This document shows, in pieces, positions 1-12,899 of a stretch of DNA of 64,000 nt. Source of the stretch: Eledone cirrhosa (taxonomy: Eukaryota); assembly GCA_964016885.1 (NCBI GenBank), contig OZ024740.1:191828001-191892000 (forward strand). The letters run 5' to 3'. A program made the translations under genes and the position numbers. The notes below the pieces were generated by a model. It did no database searches and was not told the DNA's origin. It worked only from the letters and a program-made list of their open reading frames with translations. The first letter of the stretch is position 1; each line of letters begins with the position of its first letter.

Positions 1-2
1 CA

Positions 3-330
3 TTATTCCAGAAGCATAATCCTTTCGACCCACATAAAGACCTCAGGAAAAAAGACAATTGCATACGCCACATTGTCTTAGGCATTGTAATCCGTAGCAT
101 CGCAGCCAAGGTTGTCCGCAAAGCACTTGCCCCTGAATTAAGCGAGGATCACAGTAGGATGAAGCTGGACCCCTTAGTGGCGATTGTATATGACGGACCC
201 GTCTAAGCCACTAGACAATTTTCCGATGAATTCTCGTGAACAGGAAACGAATGTTTCTAAGCCCCTCAAATTACTGCCTCATGAGAAATAACTTCATCTG
301 TCAACACCGTGACAGCTAGATTGAGAGTTT
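3..330 (+). pseudogene. Decayed reverse transcriptase fragment of a CRE/SLACS-like non-LTR retrotransposon (runs off the window start)
   Basis: Frame +3 reads LRKKDNCIRHIVLGIVIRSIAAKVVRKALAPELS ... V*ATRQF, then MRNNFICQHRD in another frame. This resembles the CRE-type pattern 'LxKKDGGIRPIAVGxxxRRLAAK ... VHATRxF ... DMRNAFNxxxRD'. Stops and frameshifts are present. Confidence 0.6.
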
Positions 331-3300
331 CAGTCAACCTCTACTGCCCTACCTTTCCTACAGATCTCCAAGCATCCTCCTCGCTGTGGTTAAGGCCATA
401 GCATCTTCAATACATTTAAAACTATGACAAAATTCTTATTTATATCAAAATAATTCTACTTAAGTTACGTCCATTGATTTTGCAATCATTGTACGATCCA
501 TTGGTGTATTTTATAACATCACAAACATAATAATGTTTGAAAGTTGAAATAACCTTTTATTAGAAATTAGACTGAACCGAGATTATCCAATTATTTAACA
601 ACATTTGAATGCTAAAAATATCATAATTTATTCGTATAGCTTCAGGATTTATACTTTATTTTACCTTTGAGAGCTGCAATATGAATTGAATTTTGTATCA
701 CGTTCAGTGGTTTTACTTGTAGCCTATCTTTCCTGTGCGAAATTTTCTTTATCAGAACCTATAATTATTTTATATGCGTGACAGTGAGTTTTAGCCTTAC
801 ATCTAATGCTGCATAATCTCTGGGTTAAAATGAAGACTAATACTAAACAAAGTTAATGTTTTTATTATGTGTGTAATCACATAACACAATTTAACTTTCT
901 CACTTATTTTCTGTAGCTCTGTCGAAGTTGTTTTGCTGTTGAAAAAGATTCTCTACGTGAATCATGTAGTCTATTATGTCCAGACATTAATTTCAATGAA
1001 CAATTGAGTTAACGCCGAGGAAATCAAATGATAGCTTACACAATTAAGCATGAAAACCCCTTGCGTTTAGACACGATTATGTATCGTCATTTCCAAATGC
1101 AAGTATAGATTATGGAGTAGTAGAAATATATATTGTTATAGCTCAGAAATTATTAAAATAAATTAAATATCGGTTATAGAATGTCACATAGCTATCGTCG
1201 AAATTTTAATAAACAATAATAATTGATATGAAATGAGGCATCCATTATTATTCTCACTGGATGAGACACCTATGAACAGAATCATTGCCGTTGATATGAG
1301 TTAGCCCAAGATCAGCAATGATTGATCAGACGTGTAACGAAAAACACTATTCTCTTTGTTTGGCAACAGATTCACCCTAACGTACCCATGTAATAGTCAA
1401 GGGCATTTGTCTTAATTAGACCCTAATTCTCACAGAATTATGTGGTGTTTGAAGGATATTTGCTTAATACGTCAAGTAGAGGGATTGATTGCATAGTAAA
1501 TCCCTCTATAGTCGGTGGCTAACAGTTTATCTTGTTGGATCCCTTGTTTTTCCGAATGAGTCAAAATATGTTTCAAATATTAATAAGTTAGAAAATATAT
1601 TATTTTGATGATTATACTCTCTCTATTGTGCAACTTCATACGGTGTGACAAACATATTGGGAATATCTACCAGTTAACCTTATTACAATACGCTAATCCT
1701 CAAACGACTTTGAACTATTGAATATAAACAGAACATTTGTTTCATATGTTTAATAAGTGAACATCGAAATAATTCACACTCATTTTTACGTATTAGCCTC
1801 ACCTCGACAGATAATATAAATATCTCTATATTTACTTACTTTCTACTTAACTAAACACTAAATACAAGTAAATATAAGTCTGCTATTACATACAGGATCT
1901 AGTATAAAGCTATCTAAGTGGAAATTATTGCAGAGTTCCCCTTGTTGATATAAACCACATTAAAGAAATCTATTCATGAAGATGTATCAATAATTACAAA
2001 TATCATCCCTTGGGCCTCAGTAAGCGTATTTGTGAAGATAATATTTAAGTGAATATAATCACATGCACAGTCTACGGCATCACGCATATATAACACATAT
2101 CTATATATAATTGCCATATCATGTCGAGTGTGTTTGAGTAGTTGCTCATGTGTATGTAATAATTGTGATTAGATTATTCTGCAACAATTGTTAAGATGAA
2201 ATCATTATCTGTGTTAATTCTTGCTTTGCTTCTTTAATCAAAGTTACCTTATGATAATGAGTGCACTCTTTGAATACATTCATGATGAATAAACAATTAT
2301 TATGACACATATAGTTACTAGTTGGATATAAATATGCTGAGAAAAGTGTAATCCTAATTTTTCAACTATCAACGATTGTTTAATTTCCAATTATATTTGC
2401 ATATCTAAACTTATGCATCCTGCATTTCTCATAGTTTTGTATGATATATATAATATTATAATGAAGTTTGCCATAGACTAACTATCTTATGAACATATCC
2501 CCAATGCGATGATGATGTACAATTTACAAATGGACAATGAGAACCTATATGGATGATGGTAGCATCGACTTTTATAGAGTGCTCTATTAAAACATAACAA
2601 AACAGGCATATACATGTCTGATTGAATGTTATCAGCAAAGTACGGCTCGTATATGTAATATTTGAAGATAGTTTCACTCTGCACCTGTACCATCAAACGA
2701 CGTTTATACAAACGTTTTTGTCGCTAAATCTTGTTCCATATTATATTTATGATAGGTGATTAATTCTGTAATTTTTATTTGAAATAGTTAATAAAAAAAG
2801 ATATTAAACTATATTAAACTTTGTGTACTGAGTACATTTTCTCGACACCAATGTGAAATGTCTACTTTGTGCAGCTGTTTACCCATAAATTAGAAAATGA
2901 TGAAAACAACAGCTGCACTTCAAACATATTATTTTATCACTCTCGTTATCGTCCCTGCATACGTTGACGATATTTTTTTACATTGTTGTTATAAAATTGA
3001 ACTTTATCCAATATCTTCGAATATCTACAATGTATTCAGATTAAGTTATCTTATTGATAACGTATACCCATTCACGGAAACAAGTAAACAAATTACAAAA
3101 CATGCTTTCAATTTCGAGGAAAAAGACATTAGTTTGCATCTTCTCAAGAAACAAAAATATCGCTATCTCTGAGAAGTTCTGCATACGGTTATAATAAGCA
3201 CACATATGAAACGCTGTATCGATTATTCTGGATAAAATGTCGGTCTTTTATGATTAGACAATGGAAGAGTTATATGTTTGCTATATCTATGAAGAACGCG

Positions 3301-4542
3301 CATACCATATAATTGATTTAATGTATCAGAATTGACCTAGCAAAAGAATTGTCTTGTAGTCTGAATTTCCTAAACGTTCCCAACTATATTATATAATATA
3401 ATCATTCATTTACGCATGGAGAATTATAATGCGTTCATGATAGTAGGAGCTTCAATGCAGAATTGATTTCGTCCATTTAATTTTAAATCCGATCAGATGT
3501 TGTCAACAATGTATATTTATTTGAAAGTCAATTTTCAAATCTAAACACGGGTGTTACAAAATATTTAATATGCCGGCACGTGTTTCGAAAAGCAAAGGAG
3601 TTTAATAACTTATATATAGTGTGATACATATGCAGACAGAAGAAACAGAATAACATATTTCACCACCTCCAGAACTAGGAATAAATGCGTATTGCTGGAC
3701 GATTGATATAAGGACATTTGGATAAATGAAAAACATATTAGACGTGTGGTATAGTTTGATCATAACCAGATAATTTCATTGAGATTTGATTCTTCTATAC
3801 AGAAAAAATTATCTATGACCAAATCTGCATTTGTTCATACGGAGGCAACCAACAAATCATCGTTTGATGAAAATTGTAATCTTTATTAAAACTTGCCAAA
3901 TATTGTATTATCAACACCTAATTATGAAGTAAAGCATAATTTACAGCACATATAAACTAGTAATTTGTGCTTGGATGAGATTAAATGGAATTTTGTGTTT
4001 ATAGATTTAATAGAGAAATATTAACAATGAATGTTCTATGTGATATACACGCTTCTATAAATATTATATGGATCCAAGATATATATTATTATTTCTTTGA
4101 ATACTGAAATTACAGCAGTTTGATACATTTTTTTTATTCTTGAATTTTGTCTGCGATATGAATAATATATTAAGAAATGTTATTTGACACATGTTTTATG
4201 AAACAAAAAACAACGGTAACACATATGTGATTGATTACATACACATATATCATTATCAATGTCTAGACAAGAACAATATATATCACAAAGTAAACATTTC
4301 GCTCAGGCATATTTACAATTGTTGTCTTGATGATTTCATTCATTATAAATATCCAGAAATATTGGGCACTGTAAACATAATACAAACAGTGTTTTCAGTA
4401 CAATAGAAAACAAATGAGAAACAATAAAATAACACTGCACATACTTAAAGCGTATGCAGCTATCTCAGTAATTCAGTGATAGTAGACAATGAAAATAAGA
4501 CTAATGGTGATGATGAAGAAGATAATGTAATAAAATAAATAA

Positions 4543-4750
4543 ATAATAATAATAATGATTTCTACTATGGACACAAGGTCAGCAATTTTGGGGGAGAGGA
4601 AACACGATTAAATCGACCCCAATGCATTACTGGTGCTATTTTATCGACACCGTAAACTCGGCTGGATTTGAACTCATAACATAGAGGGGCATAACTCAAT
4701 GCTGCGAAGCATGGTCTCCGATGTTCTACAGATACTGCTAGTCCATTGCC
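4543..4750 (-). mobile_element. tRNA-derived SINE (octopus-type), near full length
   Basis: Minus strand has a B-box (GAGTTCAAATCC), central GTCGATAAAATAGCACCAG, 3' CCTTGTGTCCATAGTAGAAA and an (ATT)n tail. Similar to copies at 5295, 19490 and 38815. Confidence 0.85.
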
Positions 4751-4844
4751 ATTATCTAAACTATAGTAAACTAAGGAGTGCGGGACTGCGTACAGTTTAT
4801 AATTGTTTATCCCATTAGTAAAATAAGTTGCATTACTTTGAATA

Positions 4845-4900
4845 AATAATTGTTTCTACTTTAGGCACAAGGCCAGCAATTACCCAGTGCATTACTGGTA
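4845..4900 (-). mobile_element. 3' fragment of the same SINE
   Basis: TTGTTTCTACTTTAGGCACAAGGCCAGCAATTACCCAGTGCATTACTGGTA is nearly identical to units at 19280-19870. Confidence 0.8.
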
Positions 4901-5294
4901 TAATGAATGAATATTACGTAACATATCTACTAAATTTCGTTGCGGTTGATTAAATATATGTTATTGTTTATTTAAATATTCACTTCTTTAACATGTTTAA
5001 ATGTCAACACGTCCGGTTAGCGATCGCTTAAATAAACATTCATATATTTCCATCACTAATTTTCTCCTAATGCAGTTTATATATAATATCATCTTTTTTC
5101 ATGTGTATCAGGGATTACTTTACTGCTTACATAAGTCAGTGTAATACAGTCTTCGTTTAATTGCTGTGTATATTGTCTATTACGATTTTATTTGTTGTAT
5201 CATATCTACATGTATATATACTTGAGTATAATATCAATATACACACTAAACATGTTTGCAGAAAAACACCCGAGGGTGGTTTTTCTGCTAGTTG

Positions 5295-5525
5295 ATAATA
5301 ATAGTCTGTTCTGATATAAGCAGAAGGCTAGGATATTTTTTTTTTGGGGGGGGGGGGTATAGTCGATTAAATCGACGCCTGTGCATTACTGGTGCTTTAT
5401 TTTGTCGACCCGGTAAGGATGAAAGGCAAAGCCATCCTTGGCAGGATTTGCAATCAGACCATAAAGGGCCGTAACTCTTGGTTGCTAAGTATCTTAACCG
5501 ATGTTCTACCGATTATGCCATTCCA
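5295..5525 (-). mobile_element. tRNA-derived SINE copy
   Basis: Plus-strand TCGATTAAATCGAC...GCATTACTGGTGCTTTATTTTGTCGACCCGGTAAGGATGAAAGGCAAAG matches the SINE central domain. Confidence 0.85.
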
Positions 5526-6700
5526 CCTAGGTATCTTCCAATCCAATCTAGGTATCAATGAAGATGAAGCTATTCACCCACGACTATAGCTAGAAGCCCA
5601 CCCATCTTGTAACTAACAACAATTACCCAAACATACCTGTGCATATGTGCGCTTGCGAATATACGCGGGGACACATCAACAACATTGCGACCACCAGCAC
5701 AAACAGATTATACTCACACTCCGAGACAAATATATCTACCATGCACTCCACCACCTTAATCACTATCCAGATCATCACCTTGCCCACCACAAACACCACC
5801 ATCGCCAGAAATACCACCACTGCCACCACACGTATCAATAACTCCGACAGCTCCCACTCTGTAACGCAGCTTTTCTCTCCCACACCAAGCACATTACCTA
5901 TCAACTCCCTCAAACTTTAATTACTCCTTTAATTTCCGTCGCCTACAATTTATTTGATGGCTATGACCATAAAAAAACATTACCACCATGTCCTCCATTT
6001 GAACTTTGCCACCGCCATCTAGCATACGCGCGCACACACACACACACGCACACACACATTCACACAGTTCCTGTGACATCCATTCTCAATTCCTTTCTCG
6101 TTCACTTCACTACCAATACACAGGACTTACCTACTCGGATCCTATTAGATACGAAAACTAAATTCGGACCGCACTAATTACAAAAGCCCAAACCAACCCA
6201 TCCGTACAAACATTCACACAAATATACATGAACACATGTGGCCAAGGAGAGGCAAGGAGACGCCCGATAAACAAATCCTAAACACGCACACATCTACAAA
6301 AGTGCATGTGTGCAGACCTGTGCGTGTTTGTGCACACAGACACATGCTGTATAATATGCACCCCACCTAGTGACAGCCACCAACTCCACGCCTGCACCAC
6401 TCACTTTCAACTTCCACCTCCACACGCCAGACCAACCACACACCCATCACAACCTCCCACTAGCGCCCCTTTCCTTTTCATTTTCATATTCATTTTAATC
6501 TTTACTTATTTTCTGTATTTTTCTTTGAGTTTTTCCTGTTTTATTGTCTTTATTCTACACTCCGAACTCCATTATTCCGACTGAAGTGTGAATGACCAAC
6601 ACGTTCATTGTTTAACTCTCCTTCTTTCAAGCGTGAAACGAATAATACTTCATATTAATGCATCCTGTTTTTCTTTCGATTCTTGTATTCTTCTGATATC
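5525..6700 (+). mobile_element. Probable 3' end and pseudo-LTR of a Penelope-like element with a degenerate hammerhead at 6571-6646
   Basis: HLGIFQSNLGINEDE resembles the C-terminus of PLE GIY-YIG ORFs, followed by an AC-rich UTR. ATTATTCCGA-CTGAAGT...GCGT-GAAAC-GAATAAT has stem I arms ATTATTC/GAATAAT but a mutated core and deleted cleavage region. Confidence 0.5.
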
Positions 6701-6954
6701 TATCTATCTACCTATCTTTATATCTGTCTATCTGTCTATCTATCAATCTATCTATCGTTGATAATAAACGTGTGTTACTTCGGCTGTAGCCTTTTCGGAT
6801 TTGTACTACGTTTTTGACTGTGAGTTTCTGTTTCATTTGTTTTATTTGTGTGACCTAACCCCCCGCCTGGACTTGCAGACGGGTGGTTATTTTATTTTTA
6901 CCCCTTTTTGGGGGTAAAAACTACTTTGAAAAATGTGTATACCAACTTACAGTA

Positions 6955-8000
6955 ATGGACACCATACATGAAAACACCACTGCCACGCCCCCCAGGGAAA
7001 GTGATAAAAAGGAAAAAGTAACTCACCCTACTGAAGCTTCCCTTCTCTCGCTTTCTCATGTGAGTATGGAAGCGAATTTGGCGAACAATTGTAAAAATTC
7101 GGGTAATAACCCAAACACACACAAAAGCGAAAACAGCAGCAACAGTGACAAAGAAAAGAACATAAATGTGAACTCAAAACACGAAAAAATAAGTGAACAC
7201 CGCCAAAACTGTACCGCAGACAACAACAACCAAAACGCAAACACCCAAGAAAACAAGAACAACAGCAACGAAACACAAAAAAGACACCACTACACGAATA
7301 TTCTTTGCCTAGGTCGTTAAGGAGACCGAAACTTTCACCCCAGTTGACATCAGTAATGCAGCGGAATTGCTAAAAGAGGGGAGAAAACAAGTGAGCTTTG
7401 GTGAAAACGGTGAATTCACAATAATCTCCCCTAAGGATGTTAAAAGTGACACGGTCCTAAGGACAATTAATTTTAGAACTATATCAAATGCGTCGAAAAG
7501 CAAACAGCTCAATTATCGCATTGCAAATTTGAGCTGGTGTTAAAGGCGCGTTGAAGGACATGATTTTTATTGAGAGAGGGAGGTTACATGGGAGTCTGAT
7601 AATTTTGAAGAAGGACCAATTGGTGGCCCAAAAATACTCGGTGACACCAATTGTGTCCAAACAGTACACATTCTTCCCCACTTACATGGGGAAGAAAACT
7701 CAAAAAATAACAATCTCCGGTATACACCAAAATACAAATATATGGTGGATACTGGACAACGAAGATGAACTCCTTGATATAGGCAAAGCCACGAGGGGCC
7801 ACTTTGGCGTTATAGGCATACAGGTTCTGGCTCGAATGAAACCAGGACGTATCGCAAAGATACCCCAAAGAGTGTCCCTGGAAGGCTCCCAATTTATGAA
7901 TATTGCAGTTGAGGATAGGCGGCCCGCTTGCTACCTCTGTGGAAAAAGGGGTTACCTGAGGGCTGCCTGTCCTCAACAAACTAAACAAAAATGACTGCCA
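6955..8000 (+). pseudogene. ORF1 (gag-like, single zinc knuckle) of the Tx1-like LINE, interrupted by stops
   Basis: ORF track 6883..7320 and 7551..7994; CX2CX4(H/Y)X4C knuckle. Confidence 0.75.
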
Positions 8001-8832
8001 ACACCTCCAATAACATCACCACCACCACCACCACAACAACAACAACAACAGCAACCACAACAACAAGAACACCAACAAACACAACAAGTCACACAAATTG
8101 AACACGGACCCACCCAACCCCTCCACACCCAAAACAACTCCACAAACAAAAACAAAATCACCATCACCACACCACCACTACCAGTCAACAAAAAACTGAA
8201 CACGGTGCCACCCAACCCCTACCCACCTAAAGCGACTCCAACAACATACATAACAAAACCCCAAAATATACCCCTCCCATCCAACATGGAAGAGGATCCC
8301 TTAACGTCGGAAGACGAGGGGGAACCCTTCCCAAAAATAAGGCGAAAATAAAAGAAAACACACCGCACCCACACAAAGAAAATTAACCCCTCCCCAAAAC
8401 AAAACACAAAGAATTAGAGAACAAAAAACCCAACAGTTATACACACACTTCAACACCAAACATATAAAACTTGTAAACAAAATTGAACACAACCCTTCGA
8501 TGCAAACCGAAGGGCCAAATTTCACGAGGGACACAGAGAACCTCTCTTTAAAAATGATTAAAACTCCGATAGACATTTATATAGAACTAAAAGACAATTT
8601 TCCTAAGGATGTTCCCCCCCCCCCCCGTGTAAATCCAATGAACCGCATCCTCTTGACAAATTTCCCCACGAACACCCCATACACCCACACCACACCAAAC
8701 TGATGTCCCTACACCAACACAAAACAACACCCCACCCAACAACCCTATCCTCACCCCATGGAAGTTGTGCAGGCCGGTCCCCAGGACGTAAGGGTGTGGG
8801 TGCCTTTTTCTTTCTTCCCCTTCGCCGCCAAC

Positions 8833-9566
8833 ATGGCTGTATTGAGAGTAGGATGTTAGAATGCGCGTAGGCCTGAACTCACCTTGTAAGCAGGAAACAC
8901 TTCTAAATGACCTCAGATTGCGCAGTATAAATGTCATAGCTATTTGCGAGTGCAGGGTCAGCAGGGAACGCCAGTTAGCCCCCCACCTTTAACGACTTTG
9001 AGATCTATGCATCTCTCTGTTAGCCAGGAGGTGGGGGTGGGCTTGTTGTTCTGCTGAAAAAATACCCGGGCCTCACAACGCAGACGCTGCATTTGGACTA
9101 TGAGGGTCGACTAGTGTTACTAGACGTTGGTAGTGGTGAAGGTGGAACCTTTAGGCTGGTAGCCGCCTATGCCCCTTTTGGGCAGCGAGGCCGGAATTCT
9201 TCCAACGTCTGGAGACTTTTCTAGGGACGTCCTGCTCCTTGCTTTTAGTGGGGGACTTAAATGGTATCCTAGATGCAGGTTGGGAGTATGTAGGGGCATG
9301 TCCCGTTAGAGGGGTGTGTAACAGCCTCAAACGGTTAATCGGCCGATTTCACCTGGCCGATAGATATCGACTAGATTTTCCGACTGCTCCAACCTGGACT
9401 TGGACTAACCGTAGCAGATCATCTAGGTCGTACCTAGATAGTGTCCTAGTTAGAAATAAGGATAGCGACCTACTAAGTTGTCCAGATATGCGCATTGTTG
9501 GCTATTCAGATCACAAATTAGTGATCTGCTTAGTCAACCTTGATAGAACGCATAGACAGAGACCCG

Positions 9567-9570
<4 letters not shown>
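8833..9570 (+). pseudogene. ORF2 N-terminal apurinic-like endonuclease, frameshifted and truncated
   Basis: ORF 9239..9724 ([10 protein letters not shown]...DRYRLDFP...SYLDSVLV...YSDHKLV) runs into the TA repeat right after RQRPDY (homolog RRGPGYWKLN). Confidence 0.85.
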
Positions 9571-9657
<87 letters not shown>

Positions 9658-9690
9658 TCATATATATATATATAAATATATATACATATT
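9569..9690. repeat. (TA)n microsatellite; one of many (e.g. 9918-10018, 10290-10570, 32400-32665, 35386-35778, 41999-42075, 45355-45490, 46530-46972, 59899-60190)
   Basis: Seen directly. These tracts generate the spurious YIYI ORFs. Confidence 0.98.
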
Positions 9691-9694
9691 TAAA

Positions 9695-9910
9695 CAAATT
9701 AGAGGTGTGACATACGAGTTGTGATATATTAGTAAAAAGGAGAAGAAAATGGTGAAGAATTTTTCCCAGTGAATAATAGTTTAATTAGGAATAAGTATAA
9801 ATTAATAATACGTGTTGGTTAGTATCCAGTTTTAGTTTTAAGTGTTTACCGGCTGCGCATTTCTAATGCTTTTCAAAATAATTTTGAGATCGAGGGCTCG
9901 TGATGTTTTC
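9695..9910 (-). mobile_element. Dispersed repeat, probable PLE pseudo-LTR remnant with a degenerate hammerhead; second copy at 59720-59900 (+)
   Basis: The reverse complement matches 59720-59900. Both copies read TTGAAAA-GCAT..ATGC-GCA(A/G)-CCGGT, a decayed CTGAnGA-stemII-GAAA pattern. Confidence 0.55.
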
Positions 9911-9918
9911 TCTAATAT

Positions 9919-10020
<102 letters not shown>

Positions 10021-10291
10021 GAAAAGTTACAGTATCGTAAAAGAGGATAGAAAGAAAAGGTATAAAGAGGTGCGATACAGTGTATGACATGCCAAAAGCG
10101 GGTGCATAATTGCTCGATGCTTGGTTTAACAGTGTTAAATATTAGAGAAGGTTAATATTTAGTGTACAAAGAAGAACAGAGCGGTGATAGGCAAAATGAT
10201 TAATGAAAGAGTTACAAGCCATTAAAAGATATCTTTATAAAGAAATGTTTTAACGGCTTGTAACACGTTCATTAATCCTTTTGCCTATATG

Positions 10292-10441
<150 letters not shown>

Positions 10442-10470
10442 ATATATATACACACGCACACACACACACC

Positions 10471-10564
<94 letters not shown>

Positions 10565-10989
10565 TATATATAGCTAGCTAGATAGATATATCAGATAATA
10601 ATGGCGTCAGTGAAAGCAGCAACACAGCTAATTAGATTGTCGCTGTTCCCATGACGGTTGAACAGATAGATGACTTCCATTATATTATAGATTATTATTA
10701 TTTTCATCTTCATCATCATTAAAATAATATTAATATTTATTAATGATCTCAACGTGTTCTATTTCTACATGTCCTACTTGTTCAATACTGTGCTGGATGC
10801 CCTCCACAGTAGCTGGCTGCGATATAGATACATTCCAAGATGGCATAGCCGTGAAATGCTAAGGCTGCTTAAAATGGCTTCGGGTAAGTAGATGTGATAC
10901 AGAACTTCAGATGTGTAACTTTACTGAACACAATGTTGACAGTTTTTGCAAATCTGTTCGACAAGGGGTTAATGCTTCTCATTGTAGTC

Positions 10990-11500
10990 GGAGAGTTTCA
11001 GATGCAAGCGATATCTGACAAGGGTACATCTGGAGCTGCTTGCGTCGAGTGCGTTGTATAAAAGAAGCACGAGAGTGACGATATTGAAGAGGTTGGATGG
11101 AAGTAACAATAACTCATGACAAGTCAGCGATATGCAGATTGGCACTTTAAGAGATATATATATGCCATTCAACAGCGTGGTCAAACGCTGCACTGGCGGA
11201 CCGGTGAAGGTGCTTGGGCCCTGGTTTGGTCCAGACTTTCAGGGTAATGTGTACTGGAACGAGGTAATGAGCAATGATGCTACTCTCACCCAGAAATGGG
11301 CTGAGAGGAAGCTATCCCTGAAACGTTGGGAAAAGATGATGAACACGTACGTATCGTCCAACATCTATTATCACCTGATTGTGCTATATAGGAATCAACC
11401 ACGTCTCTAAATTGGAGAGCCTGTTCTTTAATTTCTTGTGAAAGAGACAGGTTCCACTGGTGACAAGGTCGATCTGCTAAAAGATTTACCAAGCGCTGAG
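10990..11500 (+). pseudogene. Decayed RT/thumb fragment of a Tx1-like LINE
   Basis: GPVKVLGPWFGPDFQGNVYWNEV...TQKWAERKLSLK...YYHLIV aligns by eye with GPVKLLGF*FRPDLQTDENWDEV...TQTWVERKLSLKGR of the 13684-14137 element. Confidence 0.8.
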
Positions 11501-11711
11501 CTGAACAGATGGAGTCGTCTTTTGTGAGACATACCTAAGTTACCCATTAAAGATATTCACATCATTTGGAGAATGTTGTAGTTATTCATTTCTGATGATT
11601 TTCTGTTTACTTTTTTGACACGTTCTATGTGAATCCCCACTATTACTGTTGTTATAATGTCAATTATGTTTCGGCCCTAGTGTCCAATAAATAAGTACGT
11701 AGTGGTGTCAT

Positions 11712-11817
<106 letters not shown>

Positions 11818-12591
11818 ATGTTCTTTCAAGACGTTACTGCAAAAAGATCAATATATATTAACATAGAGCAAATGGTTCATTTCAATTTTCCACTGCCTAG
11901 TACGTGATGTTCTCTAAGTGTTGTCGACAATATTCTTTCCGCGTACACAACTGCAATGTTTGGCGAACATCAGACTATTCGTTTTGGTTACTTATAACCA
12001 AACTTCTACCAGTCATGGAAGGGTTTGTAAATATTCATGCCTACTAACATTATTCCAATTAAAGCATGAATTTAATCATATTGTTCTAATTTGAAAATAT
12101 GGTTGTGTCACTCCCCCTGCTCTTAGGTTCTGTTTTTGATATACTATTCGTTTCTCCTTTTTTACATTAGAACGAGGCCAAATATTTTATCAACTTCGAC
12201 AGCTTTAAATGTAAATACGTTCTTAAAAATGTGAAACAGAATACTGCCCAGAATATAACTCTGAAGATTTGGATATTACCCTCCCTTATATGCAGTACCA
12301 TTAAAATATTCTATTGAATAACTTTCTTCCATACAAATACTTGCTCACAATCTTCTTAATGAATATACAGAAAACAAATATATTGATAAGCATTATACTT
12401 TTGGATGAGCAGATTTTCAAAGGACAGTTTCTTCGCTTTAAAATTACATTCTGCGAATCAATATATAATTTATACAATTTGCAGATGATACCACTGAGTT
12501 ATGCATTTCAACTAAAGTATGTACATCAAATATACATTCCCTTTGACCATCTTTTTCGTCGAAGAATGCATATATATATATATATATATAC

Positions 12592-12639
<48 letters not shown>

Positions 12640-12899
12640 TAATAATGTTTTCTTTATTAACCACAAGGGTTTACATAACGTAGACATTAATGACAGTACA
12701 GGACAATACAGGGCGGTACAAACTGGCATTTCTGCGTGTAAAAAACAAGAAACAGAGGATGTAATAATAGAACAATGAAAAAAATTCACAAATAGGGGGG
12801 AGATTTCCGAGGGACATTCGGGAGAAAGCCCATTAAAAGGCCACAGTGACCCTGACCACCAGGGAAAGTGCCCTCTCCCAGTTTTCCACCTTTAATTTA

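Larger units (their letters stand above)
6780..9570 (+). mobile_element. Tx1/L1-like LINE, 5' half (ORF1 plus APE endonuclease), ending at a (TA)n tract
   Basis: ORF1 relic with zinc knuckle IAVEDRRPACYLCGKRGYLRAACP. ORF2 starts at CAACATG (8833) with APE motifs [29 protein letters not shown] and SDHKLV. Homologous to the minus-strand element at 12600-18320. Confidence 0.9.

Noticed and set aside
6780-6810. Possible U2 snRNA target sequence at the Tx1 5' end (CGGCTGTAGCCTTTTCGG)
   Set aside because: Only a few bases resemble U2; there is no extended match.
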